A DNA stretch of 64,000 bases from Candidatus Krumholzibacteriota bacterium (GCA_963806035.1 CAWDWO010000028.1:20403-84402), one strand, 5' to 3'. Positions 27,457 to 37,960 are shown, counted from the first letter of the stretch. A program made the numbers and translations. The notes: generated by a model from the sequence alone, not told the origin.

Positions 27457-28800
27457 CTAGGAGAGACCCGAGGGAAGATGGGTCCGCGTGAGATCGATGT
27501 CGTAGGGAGCAATGGGGATCCTTTCGCTCAGCCCAGAGCGTACCCCTTCGCGGAATTCGGCGAGCTGCTGGTCCTGCTCGAGCTCGCTGAGCGCACCCAA
27601 ACCCTCCGCTTCCGCGCGCCGCGCGTAAGGCTCTTCATCGTGCACCACGAGTTTGGACAGGTAGAGCTGGTCACCCGCGCGCAACTCCATTCGCTCGAGT
27701 ACTCTGAGCGTGGATGCAAGATGGCTCTCGAAGTACTTCTTCCCTCCGGCCCCGACGAGCACGATGACCCCCACGCGGATCGAAGCTCCGTGCAGGCTCT
27801 TCACCAGCTCGATGGCGGCCGCCGAGGCCGGCGGCTTGCCCAAAAGCCTCAAGATTTCGTCGTCACCGGATTCCAAGCCCAGATACACGCGTCGCACTCC
27901 GGCTTCCGCGAGTTGAGCGAACTCGCGCTCGCTCTTTCGCGGATGGAATCCATCGATGAAGGAATAGAAGCCTTCGAACCAGGCCTGGTGGCTGGCCTTG
28001 AACTCCGCGCGCGTGGCCGCGCTCATCGACGGATCGAGCAGGGGTATTCGTTCGGTCACCGCCTGCAGCTTCGGGAGCAGGCGCCGATTCTCCACCATCA
28101 GTGCGTTTGCCTGTCCCAGAAAGATGCGATGATAGCGATTCAGGGAAGGGCCGAGATACGCCAGCACCTGGTCGAAGTGGCGGGCGAATTCCTCGAAGCT
28201 TCGTTCCCGGTACTGGATCTGCTTGTAAAAATTACAGAAGCTGCAGCGATTCCAGGCACAGCCCTCGGTCAGTTGCAAAACGAGCGAGGAGTAGTGATCG
28301 GGAGGAAGAATGGGGATGGGCAGGTAGACCTGACGCACCGCCTCGCGGTCCGCCTTTAGCGCGTTCAGGTCGAAGCGGGACGCGGCAGAAAGAGCTTCCC
28401 TGGCCCACCTCGCCGGATGCGCGAGCTTTCCCCGCAGAACTGCGCAATTTTGCTGAGAATCCTCGTTTTGCAGAAGCCGCAGAGCTTCACTCGCATGCGC
28501 ATGTTGCCGGGCCAAGAAGCGCAGGCAATCCGCCGGGGGATCGAGATGTTGCCGCGCGCGATGAGGGACTCTCACGATCTTCGAAACGAGGAGGCGGCTG
28601 TCCAGCGTGCGCCGGTAGCTCACGCCGTCCTTCTGCACGGAGATGATGCGGCCGGCATCATCGAAGTGAATGGCGTGGTCGCGTGGCAGCTCCAGACGCA
28701 GAACCTGCGGTCGCGAGCCCAGCTCGAATTGCACTTTGTTGGAAGACCCGATCGCGACGACGGGTTCGTGACCCGGCTCGAACTGCCAGCCGTCATTCAT
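27457..28800 (-). CDS. Radical SAM protein (CX4CX2C variant) with N-terminal extension
   Basis: LQLTEGCAWNRCSFCNFY, IFLGQANAL, RVYLGLESG, VLVGAGG; ATGA overlap with yitJ. Confidence 0.85.
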   Translation of the reverse strand: MNDGWQFEPGHEPVVAIGSSNKVQFELGSRPQVLRLELPRDHAIHFDDAGRIISVQKDGVSYRRTLDSRLLVSKIVRVPHRARQHLDPPADCLRFLARQHAHASEALRLLQNEDSQQNCAVLRGKLAHPARWAREALSAASRFDLNALKADREAVRQVYLPIPILPPDHYSSLVLQLTEGCAWNRCSFCNFYKQIQYRERSFEEFARHFDQVLAYLGPSLNRYHRIFLGQANALMVENRRLLPKLQAVTERIPLLDPSMSAATRAEFKASHQAWFEGFYSFIDGFHPRKSEREFAQLAEAGVRRVYLGLESGDDEILRLLGKPPASAAAIELVKSLHGASIRVGVIVLVGAGGKKYFESHLASTLRVLERMELRAGDQLYLSKLVVHDEEPYARRAEAEGLGALSELEQDQQLAEFREGVRSGLSERIPIAPYDIDLTRTHLPSGLS

Positions 28801-30701
28801 TTCCCTGGCTCACGCACTGTATCGTCCCACTGCTTCCACCCGTCTCCCAGCACTTCCAGAATCGCCGGTGCCATCTCGTAGTGGCCCAGCGGCGGCATGA
28901 TGTAGGCGCCCTGCACACGGTCGCGCAAACTCAGAAGCGACTCCTGGGCAATTTTCACGCCCTCGGCGCGCGCCGCTTTGCCCGGTTTTACCGATTTCAT
29001 GCGCTGGCGGATCTCCTCGGGGATACTCATCCCCGGCACGTTCGCGTGCAGAAATTCCGCATTGCGGTAACTGGCCAAGGGGAGCAATCCGAGCAAGATG
29101 GGAATCCCGAGATGTTCGATGTCCTTCAGGAAGCGCTCGACGCGGCGGGGATCGTAAACGGGTTGCGTCATGACGAAGTCTGCCCCCGCCTGCACCTTCT
29201 TCTCCAGGCGACGGAGCTCTCGTTCGTAATCCATGGCCGCGGGCTCGGCTCCGGTCCCCACCCAGAATTGGGTAGGGGCGTCGAGAGCTTTGCCGGTGGG
29301 ATCGAGTCCGTGATTGTACGAGCGCACCCAGTGCAAGAGCCCAATGCTGTCCAGATCGTACACCGCGGTGGCGTCAGGATAGTCTCCCACCTTGGGAGGA
29401 TCCCCGGTGATGATGAGGATGTTGCGGATTCCCAGGGCATGCGCGCCCAGAAGGTCGCTCTGCAGGCCCAGCAAATTGCGGTCGCGGCAGCAGACGTGGA
29501 GCAACACTTCGGCCTCGGTCTGTTGCCGCATGAGAAGCGCCATCGCCAGATTGCTCATTCGTACGCTGGCCCGCGGGCCATCCGCGATGTTGATGATGTC
29601 CACGCCGGCCTCGGTGAGCATTTGCGCGGCCGCGATGCTTTCGCTGGGATCCAGGCCGCCGGGAGGATTCACCTCGACGGAGACCACGAACTTTCCCGAA
29701 CTCACTTTGCGCGCGAAGACGCTTCTTTCCTCCACAGGAACCCGTTCGACGCCAACCGGGTTGTCCTGACGGAGCTCGACCGTGGTCACGCGAGCTTCTT
29801 CCTCGCGCGGCACCGCGATGGCGCCACCCATCATTCGCACCGCGCTACGCAGCCGACGGATGTGCTCGGGAGTGGTTCCGCAGCACCCGCCCACCGCGGA
29901 GATGCCCGCCTTCAGCATCCGGCGGCCCATCACTCCGAAGAACTCCGGGTTGGCCACGTAGATCGTGCGGCCCTCCAGGCTCTTGGGCGAGCCCGCATTG
30001 GGCTGGCAGATCACCGGCACGCCGTGTCCGAGCATGCGCCGGCTCATTTCGAAGACGAGCTGCGGCCCCTCGCCACAGTTGGCGCCGATGACGTCCGCTC
30101 CCCATTCGATCAGCGCCTCCGCGACCGCCTCGGGAGTGCTCCCGTCGCTCAACCTCTCATCGGTCTCGAAGCGAAAGGTCGCGACGAGGGGGACGTCGGG
30201 GAACTTCTCCTTGGCCAGCCGGGTCACGAGGTGCGCTTCCGCCAGCTGGGAGAAGGTCTCCAGAAGAAGAAAATCCACTCCCCCGTCGAGCAGCCCGCGC
30301 ATCTGCTCGTAGTAGATCTCGCGGCATTCTTCCGCGGCCGGTCCGAGAAAATGCGCCGTGCCCAGTCCGGTGGGGCCGATCGCTCCCGCCACCCACGCGC
30401 GCCGTCCCGCCGCTTCTTGCGCCAGCTCCGCTGCCGCCCGATTGATCTCCCCCACCTTGTCCTGCAGATCGAAATGCGACAGCCGGATGCGATTGGCCCC
30501 GTAGCTGTTGGTGGTCAGAACTTCCGCCCCGGCCTCCAGATAGTCGCGGTGAACCTTGAGAACCAACCCGGCGCGGGTCAGGTTCAATTCCTCGAAGGAG
30601 TTCGTCAGGTAGACCCCGCGGCGGTACAGCTCGGTGCCAATCGCGCCGTCGAAGAGCAACGGGCGTTCCTTGAGAATTTCCAAGAACGGATGCGCGCTCA
30701 C
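28797..30701 (-). CDS. yitJ: Bifunctional homocysteine S-methyltransferase / 5,10-methylenetetrahydrofolate reductase
   Basis: FDGAIGTEL, GANC, PNAG, GGCCGTTPEHI (Hcy-binding domain), then VEVNPP, CRDRN, TGDPP, TQPVYD (MTHFR domain). Start GTG overlaps the pepF stop. Confidence 0.92.
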   Translation of the reverse strand: MSAHPFLEILKERPLLFDGAIGTELYRRGVYLTNSFEELNLTRAGLVLKVHRDYLEAGAEVLTTNSYGANRIRLSHFDLQDKVGEINRAAAELAQEAAGRRAWVAGAIGPTGLGTAHFLGPAAEECREIYYEQMRGLLDGGVDFLLLETFSQLAEAHLVTRLAKEKFPDVPLVATFRFETDERLSDGSTPEAVAEALIEWGADVIGANCGEGPQLVFEMSRRMLGHGVPVICQPNAGSPKSLEGRTIYVANPEFFGVMGRRMLKAGISAVGGCCGTTPEHIRRLRSAVRMMGGAIAVPREEEARVTTVELRQDNPVGVERVPVEERSVFARKVSSGKFVVSVEVNPPGGLDPSESIAAAQMLTEAGVDIINIADGPRASVRMSNLAMALLMRQQTEAEVLLHVCCRDRNLLGLQSDLLGAHALGIRNILIITGDPPKVGDYPDATAVYDLDSIGLLHWVRSYNHGLDPTGKALDAPTQFWVGTGAEPAAMDYERELRRLEKKVQAGADFVMTQPVYDPRRVERFLKDIEHLGIPILLGLLPLASYRNAEFLHANVPGMSIPEEIRQRMKSVKPGKAARAEGVKIAQESLLSLRDRVQGAYIMPPLGHYEMAPAILEVLGDGWKQWDDTVREPGK

Positions 30702-32656
30702 TTGATGAGCTTCTCCATTTCCGTCAGGGTTTTCTCGAAGCTGTCCAGGGCGGACTCGATGGCGTCGGGCTTCGTGAGGTCGACCCCCGCCTTCCTCAGC
30801 AGATCCAGCGGAGGCTCGCTGCAGCCGCCGCTCAACATGGCCAAGAAGCCCTCTTGTGCCTCTTTGGGATGATCGCCGCGCAAACCGTTGGCAATGGCGA
30901 TTCCGCTCGAGAGCCCGGTGGCATAGGTGTACACGTAGTACTTGTAATAAAAGTGCGGGATGTAAGCCCACTCCATGCCGTCGTTCTCGTCCACGGTATA
31001 AGCTGGACCGTAGTAACGCTTGATGAGGTCCTTGTAGGTCTTGTCCAGCAGGCTCGCGGTGACGGGAGTTCCCGCCTCCAGAAAGCCGTGAACGCTGCGC
31101 TCAAATTCCGCGAAGAGAGTTTGCCGATAGATCGTGGTGCGAATTTTCTCGAGCCGGTTGCTCAAGAGATACGCGCGCTCCGCGTCGTCCTTTGCCTGGG
31201 AAAGGAGATAGTCTCCCAGCAGGGCTTCGTTGCAAGTACTCGCGATCTCGGCCAGAAAGGGGACGTAGCGGAAATTGGGATAGGGCTGATGGGTCATCGC
31301 CAGGTGACTATGGATGGCGTGCCCGAATTCGTGCGCCAGAGTCGATTCGTCGTCTTGGCTGTTCTGGAAGTTCAAGAGGACGTAGGGATGATTCCCGTAC
31401 ACGCTCGAAGAGAACGCCCCGCTCTGCTTGTAGCGCTGTGGGTAGATGTCAATCCAACCGTTGCTGGGATCGGTCCCCTCCTCGAGGATCTTGTGGTAGT
31501 CGGAACCGAGCGGCGCGAGGGCCTTCAGGATCACCGACCGTGCCTGATCGAAGGTGACTTCCTTCTCCACTCCCTTGGTCATGGGACGGTAGAGGTCATA
31601 GAGGTGCAGATCGCTCAGACCCATCGCCTTCTTGCGGAGAGCCATGTAGCGATGGAGTAGATCCAGGCGCGAATTCACGGTCTCGATGAGATTGTCGTAC
31701 ACCGAAGTGGGGAGTCCGTCCTTGTCCATGTAGGCTTGCAGGGCGGTGTCGTAGCCGCGCGCGCGCGCCAAGGAAACGTCGAGTTGATCCTGGCCGGCCA
31801 GAGTGGCCGCGAAAGCATGCTGGTATTGACGTAGGGTCGAGAAGAACGCGGTAACTGCTTCCTTGCGTACTTCCCGATTGGGGGAACTACGGAAGCGCTC
31901 GTAGCTCGCCAGGGTCATCTGGACTTCCTTGCCCTCGTCGTCGTGGACCATGGGCCAGGGAATGTCGGTGAGCAGCGCGGTGAACGCCGTCTCTAGTGGA
32001 GAGGGAATCTCGTTGAGGTCGATCTCCGCCCACAGGTTGTCGCCCATGAGACCCAAAATGCGCTCGGACTCGGGGCTCAAAACCCGGGAGCGGCGGCGGC
32101 GCAGATTCTCGATGTAGGCGCGGAAATCCTTCATCCCCGGTTCTTCAGCGTAGGCCTTCTGCATGGTCCCATCGTCGATTGCCAAGAGCTCGCTGCGAAT
32201 GAAGGAAGCCTTGCGCATGAGTTCGTCCATCAGAGCCAGGGCTTGGGTCTCCATGGCCTGCGCATGGTCGTCATTCTGGGCGACGCTGGAGCGCAGGTTC
32301 GCGTAGAGCGTGCAGTGATTGATGCGATTGTGCAGATCGAAATAGAGCACCAGGCAGGAATCCAACTGCTGCGGATCGCTCAGAGTTCCTTTGAAAGCCA
32401 CCAGGTTGGGGATCTGCTTCTCCAAGCTGTCCATCGCCTCTTGCCAGGCCGCCTCATCCGGAAAGAGTGGGGTGAGATCCCATCGGTATTGCACCGGCAC
32501 CTCCTCGCGCAATGCATTGGGGTCGGGAACATAGTTGGAATCGTCGGCTCGCGCCGGCTTCTGTGCACTGAGCAGACCCGCGAAGACGGCGCAGAGAATC
32601 AAGGACAAGCCGAGACCACCTGGCTGCAAGACGCGACGCAGCGTGAATTTCCTCAT
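30698..32656 (-). CDS. pepF: Oligoendopeptidase F (M3B) with N-terminal signal peptide
   Basis: WDLTPLF, GWID, SGAFSS, TLAHEFGHAIH, AEIASTCNE, WAYIPHFY..YYVY motifs. Confidence 0.92.
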   Translation of the reverse strand: MRKFTLRRVLQPGGLGLSLILCAVFAGLLSAQKPARADDSNYVPDPNALREEVPVQYRWDLTPLFPDEAAWQEAMDSLEKQIPNLVAFKGTLSDPQQLDSCLVLYFDLHNRINHCTLYANLRSSVAQNDDHAQAMETQALALMDELMRKASFIRSELLAIDDGTMQKAYAEEPGMKDFRAYIENLRRRRSRVLSPESERILGLMGDNLWAEIDLNEIPSPLETAFTALLTDIPWPMVHDDEGKEVQMTLASYERFRSSPNREVRKEAVTAFFSTLRQYQHAFAATLAGQDQLDVSLARARGYDTALQAYMDKDGLPTSVYDNLIETVNSRLDLLHRYMALRKKAMGLSDLHLYDLYRPMTKGVEKEVTFDQARSVILKALAPLGSDYHKILEEGTDPSNGWIDIYPQRYKQSGAFSSSVYGNHPYVLLNFQNSQDDESTLAHEFGHAIHSHLAMTHQPYPNFRYVPFLAEIASTCNEALLGDYLLSQAKDDAERAYLLSNRLEKIRTTIYRQTLFAEFERSVHGFLEAGTPVTASLLDKTYKDLIKRYYGPAYTVDENDGMEWAYIPHFYYKYYVYTYATGLSSGIAIANGLRGDHPKEAQEGFLAMLSGGCSEPPLDLLRKAGVDLTKPDAIESALDSFEKTLTEMEKLIK

Positions 32657-32864
32657 TGAGATCACCTCGATAAAATCCGAACAGGAGTGTACGTAGGCAA
32701 GATCGGTCGCTTCGTCGATCTCGCGATTCAAGGAGGATCGATCATTCAGCAGCCCGGGTCAAGGGAGCGAGAGGATTCCAGCGTGTGCTCTGCCCCCAAG
32801 CGATGCGCCGCGCGCGTTCGGTGAGCGATTGACCGTGAATCTGCGCAGTGCCACACTCAGCGCC

Positions 32865-34814
32865 ATGCACGCGGCTCTACCCCTCCTCTCTCCTCTGCTG
32901 TGGATCCGTTTCGGCCTGGGTTGCGTCGTGGTTCTTGGCCTCCCCGGCTATTTGCTGGCAGGGCGCTGGCTGCGCGAGCAGGACCTCCTCAGCCGCTGCA
33001 TGGTCTCGCTCTGCGCGGGTCTCGCGCTGCCCTTCCTTTACTCCGCGTTCTTGGGGCGTTTCGGGCTCCCCTTTCGCCCCGCATTCTACCTGGGAACCGT
33101 CCTCATTCTGGCCCTGCTCAGTTGGCTCTGGCCGGCCTGGCGCAATGCGATCGCGGGCTGGACCGAGGGAGTGCGAGTTCTCACCCGGCTGGAAATTTCA
33201 TTGGCAATGGCTGCGATGCTTCTGAGCCTGGCGCTGCTCGTGACGGGCTTTCATCGTTTGCCCGCGCCACCCCACATTCACGATGCCTCCAACCACGCCT
33301 GGCTCACCCTGCGGATCGTGCAGTGTTCGAGTCTGGATCTTTCACTCATCAACGCGGATCTGGCCGGCGCGGTGAAAGTCGGGTATCTGCCCGGAATCCA
33401 CGCGGCGGCCGCTCTCATCGCCCGGGTCTCCGGAGTGGCCCCGTACATCTCGGTGTGGATGCTCGCGCTTGTCTTGTGCGCGATGATCCCCGGTGCGTTC
33501 TCCCTCTTGTGGCGAAGCTGGCGAGTGCCCCCCTCGACCCTCGGCCTGGCACTTCTTCTGTGCGTGGCGAATCCCCTGGGCCCCGGCGGAATTCTGGGCT
33601 GGGGAGGCTTTGGGCAGATCGCCGGCTTCTTCCTGGTGCCCCTTGGCGTTTTGGCCCTGCGATCGGCGTGGCGTGATTTCTCCTGGAGCGCGAGTCTGGC
33701 GGCGGGATTCCTTCTCGGGGCCCTGATCTTCGTGCACGCGAGCGAGTTGATCGTGGTACTGGGGGCGACGCTGCTGGCGCTGGAGCGGAGGATTCATCCC
33801 AGCTGGCGAAGCTCGGTCGTGCTGATCGCGGCGCTCGTCTTCGTCTGTGGCCCGGAAGTTTGGCAAGTGTACCGAGGGTACCCGAGTCTGGTCGCGTCGG
33901 AGTTGCCGCACCGCAAGGAGTTCCTCGATTCCCTCACGCGGCTCTGGCGTTCGGGAGGCCGCGGTCCCGTTCTGCAACTCCTTCTACCTGTGGGGTGGAT
34001 TCTCGGCTTCAGGAGTTCTTGGGCGCGTCGCCTCGTCCTCGCGAGCCTGGCGCTCGGCATCTTCTATCTCTTCTTGCAGAGCTACGCGGATCCCCTCACG
34101 CGTCTGCTCGCGACACCCTTCTACCGGCAGGCTCCGCGCATCCTCTACTTGCAGTTCTATCTCTTGCCGCCGCTTCTCGCCTTGCCCCTCACGCGCATGC
34201 TCGAAATGGCGCCGCCGAGTTCCGCGGCCGAGAAGGCGCGTTCCGGCCGCCGCGTGCTGGCGCATGCGCTGCTCGCAGTCCTGCTGGCATCGGCCCTGTG
34301 GAGTGGTTTCTCCCGCGAATTGCGCAACTATCGCTCCAGTGACGCAACCGTTCCCTTCACGCGCGACGACTATCGGCAGGCATGCACCCTCGCCACGCTC
34401 GTGCCTCCGAACTCGATCGTGGCCAACCTCTGGGACGACGGCAGCGTGTGGGCCATGCACGTGAGTGGCCGGCGTTTCTTGCAACCCTGCTCCTGGCCTC
34501 TCTTCGACGCCAAGGGGCGGTCCCTGCACGAAGTGACGCGGGGTTTGGTGGAAACGCCGTGGCCCGAGGAGACCGCGCGTTTGTTAGGACGCCTGCGGAT
34601 CCACTATCTCTATCTGAGTGACGGAGTCTTCGGCCAGGGCAGCGGCCTTCATCGAGAAGATCTGCAGGATGATCCTCGCTTCGAAGCCGTGCTCCCGGGT
34701 GCGCAGTCCACGCTCTACCGCATCCATGGCGTCATCGACACGGACGACGGGGGACACGCCAGCACAGTGGAAGGTTCGAAGCGCCCTGGCGGCGGCCTCA
34801 CTCCTTCGCGCTGA
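32865..34814 (+). CDS. Polytopic membrane protein, GT-C/DUF6541-like putative glycosyltransferase
   Basis: Many predicted TM helices; extracytoplasmic loop HDASNH...YLPGIH; soluble C-terminal domain (VAN..DDGS.W...IHYLY). Start uncertain (ORF opens 32829). Confidence 0.6.
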   Translation: MHAALPLLSPLLWIRFGLGCVVVLGLPGYLLAGRWLREQDLLSRCMVSLCAGLALPFLYSAFLGRFGLPFRPAFYLGTVLILALLSWLWPAWRNAIAGWTEGVRVLTRLEISLAMAAMLLSLALLVTGFHRLPAPPHIHDASNHAWLTLRIVQCSSLDLSLINADLAGAVKVGYLPGIHAAAALIARVSGVAPYISVWMLALVLCAMIPGAFSLLWRSWRVPPSTLGLALLLCVANPLGPGGILGWGGFGQIAGFFLVPLGVLALRSAWRDFSWSASLAAGFLLGALIFVHASELIVVLGATLLALERRIHPSWRSSVVLIAALVFVCGPEVWQVYRGYPSLVASELPHRKEFLDSLTRLWRSGGRGPVLQLLLPVGWILGFRSSWARRLVLASLALGIFYLFLQSYADPLTRLLATPFYRQAPRILYLQFYLLPPLLALPLTRMLEMAPPSSAAEKARSGRRVLAHALLAVLLASALWSGFSRELRNYRSSDATVPFTRDDYRQACTLATLVPPNSIVANLWDDGSVWAMHVSGRRFLQPCSWPLFDAKGRSLHEVTRGLVETPWPEETARLLGRLRIHYLYLSDGVFGQGSGLHREDLQDDPRFEAVLPGAQSTLYRIHGVIDTDDGGHASTVEGSKRPGGGLTPSR

Positions 34815-35721
34815 CCGAAGGCGGGAGATGGGATTTCAGCCATCGGCTGAGATCGCGCGCCGATTCCTCGCGGCTGAAGCCCTTGCGGTAATACAGAGAA
34901 ATGAGCCGATGAGGTTTCGGATCGGCGAAGGGCACGATCCTCACCGGAGAGTTCTCCCGCAGCGCGGAAACACCACCGTAAGGATGCACGGCCAGCGCCG
35001 GCAGCAGCGTGCAGCCCACTCCGGCCGCCACCATGTTGCGCAGAGTCTCCAGACTGCTCCCCCGCAAAAGCTCACGCGCCGGTGAGGCGGCCGTCCGGCA
35101 GATTTCCAGAATCTGGTCGCGCAGGCAGTGCCCTTCATCCAACAAAAGGAGGGCTTCATGCCTGATCTCCCGCTGCCGCAGCGTTTCCCTCTGCGCCAGT
35201 GGGTGCGAGGCCGGCGCGGCCAGGAAGAAATCTTCGCGGTAGAGATCGACGCGCGTCAGACCATCTTCCTGCAAGGGAGGTGAGAGCAGCGCCGCATCGA
35301 GCCTTCCCAGGCGGAGTTCGGCCACCAGCTCCTGCGTTTGCTGTTCCACCAGATGCAATTCCAGCTCGGGATGGTCGGCGCGAAGGACTTCCACCACGTG
35401 CGGCATGAGGTAGGGGCCGACGGTGGGTATCGTGCCCAGGCGAAAGACTCCGCTCAAGGATGCCCGCACGGACCGGGCCATTCCCTCCAGACGCTCGAGC
35501 TCGAAGAGAATGACGCGCGCCTGCCCGACGAGCTGTTCGCCTAGCTGCGAAGGAATGACCTGGCGCCGCGAGCGCTCGAAGAGGCGCGCGCCGAGATCCT
35601 CCTCCAAGCGCTTCAGACCCGCGCTCAAAGAGGGCTGCGCCACGTGGCAGGCCGCCGCCGCGCGTCCGAAATGACGGTGCTCGGCCAGGGCCACCAGATA
35701 GCGTAATTCCTGGATTGTCAT
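34798..35721 (-). CDS. oxyR: Hydrogen peroxide-sensing LysR regulator OxyR
   Basis: LysR HTH (HFGRAAAACHVAQPSLS), IPTVGPYL, redox motif LLLDEGHCLRDQILEIC, SLETLRNMVAAG; divergent from dps. Confidence 0.92.
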   Translation of the reverse strand: MTIQELRYLVALAEHRHFGRAAAACHVAQPSLSAGLKRLEEDLGARLFERSRRQVIPSQLGEQLVGQARVILFELERLEGMARSVRASLSGVFRLGTIPTVGPYLMPHVVEVLRADHPELELHLVEQQTQELVAELRLGRLDAALLSPPLQEDGLTRVDLYREDFFLAAPASHPLAQRETLRQREIRHEALLLLDEGHCLRDQILEICRTAASPARELLRGSSLETLRNMVAAGVGCTLLPALAVHPYGGVSALRENSPVRIVPFADPKPHRLISLYYRKGFSREESARDLSRWLKSHLPPSVSAKE

Positions 35722-35730
35722 GGTCCTATG

Positions 35731-35767
35731 ATAGATTATGTCTATCGGTTTTACAATGAGAATCAAT
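35731..35767. promoter_or_regulatory. Putative OxyR binding site
   Basis: ATAG-N7-CTAT-N7-ACAA-N7-CAAT, compared with the OxyR consensus ATAG-N7-CTAT-N7-ATAG-N7-CTAT, in the AT-rich oxyR/dps intergenic region. Confidence 0.7.
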
Positions 35768-35860
35768 TGGCTCTATCAATTTGCCGTGACGAACTTGTCC
35801 CCGTTGGAGAAAACTCGAGAACCCGTCCCGGCGCCGCAGCGGGCGCCACGAAGGAGAGAG

Positions 35861-36325
35861 ATGATGAACACCGCCACCGATCCCTTGCAGAACCAAGCCG
35901 TCGCCGAAGCCGCGGGCAAGCTCTTGGCCGATTCCTACACGCTCTATCTGAAGACCCACAACTACCACTGGAACGTGGTGGGGCCGATGTTCAATTCCCT
36001 GCACCTCCTCTTCGAGAGCCAGTACACCGAGCTGGCACAGGCGGTGGACGAGATCGCCGAGCGCATTCGCGCTCTCGGTCACCACGCACCCGGTTCCTAC
36101 GCTGAATTCAGCCAGCTGTCGAACATGGAAGAGGCGCAGCCCAATACCAGCGCGCAGGACATGCTCCGGCATCTCGCGAACGACCAGCGCCAGCTCGCTG
36201 CCTCCGCCATGGCTCTGCTGGAGGTGGCCGAAGAGAAGGGCGACGCCGCCACCGTCGACCTGGCGACACGCCGAATCGAGACTCATCAGAAGAACGCGTG
36301 GATGCTGCAGAGCCACCTCGAGTGA
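35861..36325 (+). CDS. dps: Dps (DNA protection during starvation, ferritin-like)
   Basis: LYLKTHNYHWNVVGP.F..LH.LFE.QY, DEIAERIRALG, HQKNAWML; AAGGAG RBS. Confidence 0.95.
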   Translation: MMNTATDPLQNQAVAEAAGKLLADSYTLYLKTHNYHWNVVGPMFNSLHLLFESQYTELAQAVDEIAERIRALGHHAPGSYAEFSQLSNMEEAQPNTSAQDMLRHLANDQRQLAASAMALLEVAEEKGDAATVDLATRRIETHQKNAWMLQSHLE

Positions 36326-36393
36326 GGGCCCGGCGCCTAGATCACAATTCCGAGAGAGGAGATGGCGGGGAAGTTCAACGGTCGCGGCGGTGG

Positions 36394-37884
36394 CTACCCG
36401 CGATTCTCCTCTTCCTCACTCACGACCGGCGCGTTGAGGTTGGCTCGATAGCTTTCGTCCAGCAACATTGCCACCAGAGCCGCCCCGCCGTTGCTTTCCC
36501 CTAGCTCCTTCGCCATCGGCACGAAGCGCTGCATGCGTTCCACCTCGAGCTTGCCGTAGCCGCGCAGTCTGGATTCGAGCTGAGCGATGAGGCGCTCGGA
36601 GACGACTTTCTCCAGGTCCTCGTCGCTCGGCGCCGCCTTCTCCTCGAAGTCGATCGAATAGCGGTCCTTGATCTGGCCCACCCGCATCATCTCCATGCGG
36701 TAGGCCAGGGTGATCGCGCGGCCACCCGCCCCGGCCCTTCCCGTCCGCCCCGCCCGGTGTACGTAGACCTCGGGATCTTCGGGCACTTCGTACTGGAAGA
36801 CGTGGCTGATCTCCTGGATGTCGATGCCGCGCGCGGCCACGTCGGTGGCCACCAGGAAACGAAGCTCTCCCTTGCGAACGCGGGTGAGCACCTTTTCCCG
36901 GTCCCGTTGGCGCAGTTCGCTACTCAGCGCATCCGCGTTGTATCCGAAGCGCTGGAGAATGAGGGAGACGTAATTCACTTCGGCCTTGGTGTTGCAGAAA
37001 ATGATCGCGGTGGTCGGATTCTCCAGCTCGATGAGCTTGACCAGCACCCGGTCCTTCTTCATGTCGGGAACCGAGTACAGCACGTGATCGACTTCGGCGA
37101 CGTGAACTCGATCGCGGCTCAGACTCAACATTCCCGGTTGATCCAGGAAGTCCATAGCCAGACGCATGACGTGGTAGGGGAAGGTCGCGGAGAACATGTA
37201 ACCATTGCGCGGCTTCTTGCCCAAGAAGCTCCGCACTCTCTTCATGTCCTGATAAAAGCCCATCGAGAGCATGCGATCGGCTTCGTCGAAGACGAGAATC
37301 TTGACGCGATCCAGCTTGAGGGTGCCGCGCATGAGATGATCGAGGATTCGCCCCGGCGTGCCCACGACGAGATGCGCGCCCTTCTTGAAGGCCTCGATCT
37401 GCTTGGAGTACCCCACGCCCCCGTAAACCGCGATGGTGCGGGCTCCGGTCGAGGCCAGGATCTCGGCCTGGTCGTAGACCTGCTGTGCGAGCTCACGGGT
37501 CGGAACCAGAATGAGCGCCTGGCACTCGGCGAGCTTGGGATCGATTCGATCGAAGATGGGCAGAAGGAACGCGGCGGTCTTGCCACTGCCCGTCCGTGAT
37601 TGGATCATGAGATCGCGCTTGGCCAGCACGTAGGGAATGGTCTTCTGCTGCACCGGCATGAGCTCGGACCAGCCGGCCCTGGCACAGGCCTCGCGCATGC
37701 TCTCGGGCAAGTCCTTCAGATGAACCTCGGGAATGGCGTCTTCGGGTTCGACGAGTTCGTCCTTTGGCTCGTCCTGCGAATCAGTCGACTGTTCTTCGTT
37801 TTCGACTTCGGGTGGTAGGTTCGGCGAGGGATGCGACCGCTCACGGCGCACCCGACGACGACGGCGGTTAGGGGGTTGTGTCAC
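36394..37884 (-). CDS. DEAD-box RNA helicase
   Basis: Q motif, TGSGKT, PTRELA, TPGR, DEAD, SAT, ARGID, HRAGRTGRAG. Confidence 0.95.
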   Translation of the reverse strand: MTQPPNRRRRRVRRERSHPSPNLPPEVENEEQSTDSQDEPKDELVEPEDAIPEVHLKDLPESMREACARAGWSELMPVQQKTIPYVLAKRDLMIQSRTGSGKTAAFLLPIFDRIDPKLAECQALILVPTRELAQQVYDQAEILASTGARTIAVYGGVGYSKQIEAFKKGAHLVVGTPGRILDHLMRGTLKLDRVKILVFDEADRMLSMGFYQDMKRVRSFLGKKPRNGYMFSATFPYHVMRLAMDFLDQPGMLSLSRDRVHVAEVDHVLYSVPDMKKDRVLVKLIELENPTTAIIFCNTKAEVNYVSLILQRFGYNADALSSELRQRDREKVLTRVRKGELRFLVATDVAARGIDIQEISHVFQYEVPEDPEVYVHRAGRTGRAGAGGRAITLAYRMEMMRVGQIKDRYSIDFEEKAAPSDEDLEKVVSERLIAQLESRLRGYGKLEVERMQRFVPMAKELGESNGGAALVAMLLDESYRANLNAPVVSEEEENRG

Positions 37885-37960
37885 TGTCTCTTACCTCTAT
37901 GCTCGTTTTCCATTCTGTCTGTTTCTCCTGCATGGTAGCAGGAATTGCGCTCGAGCGCTC

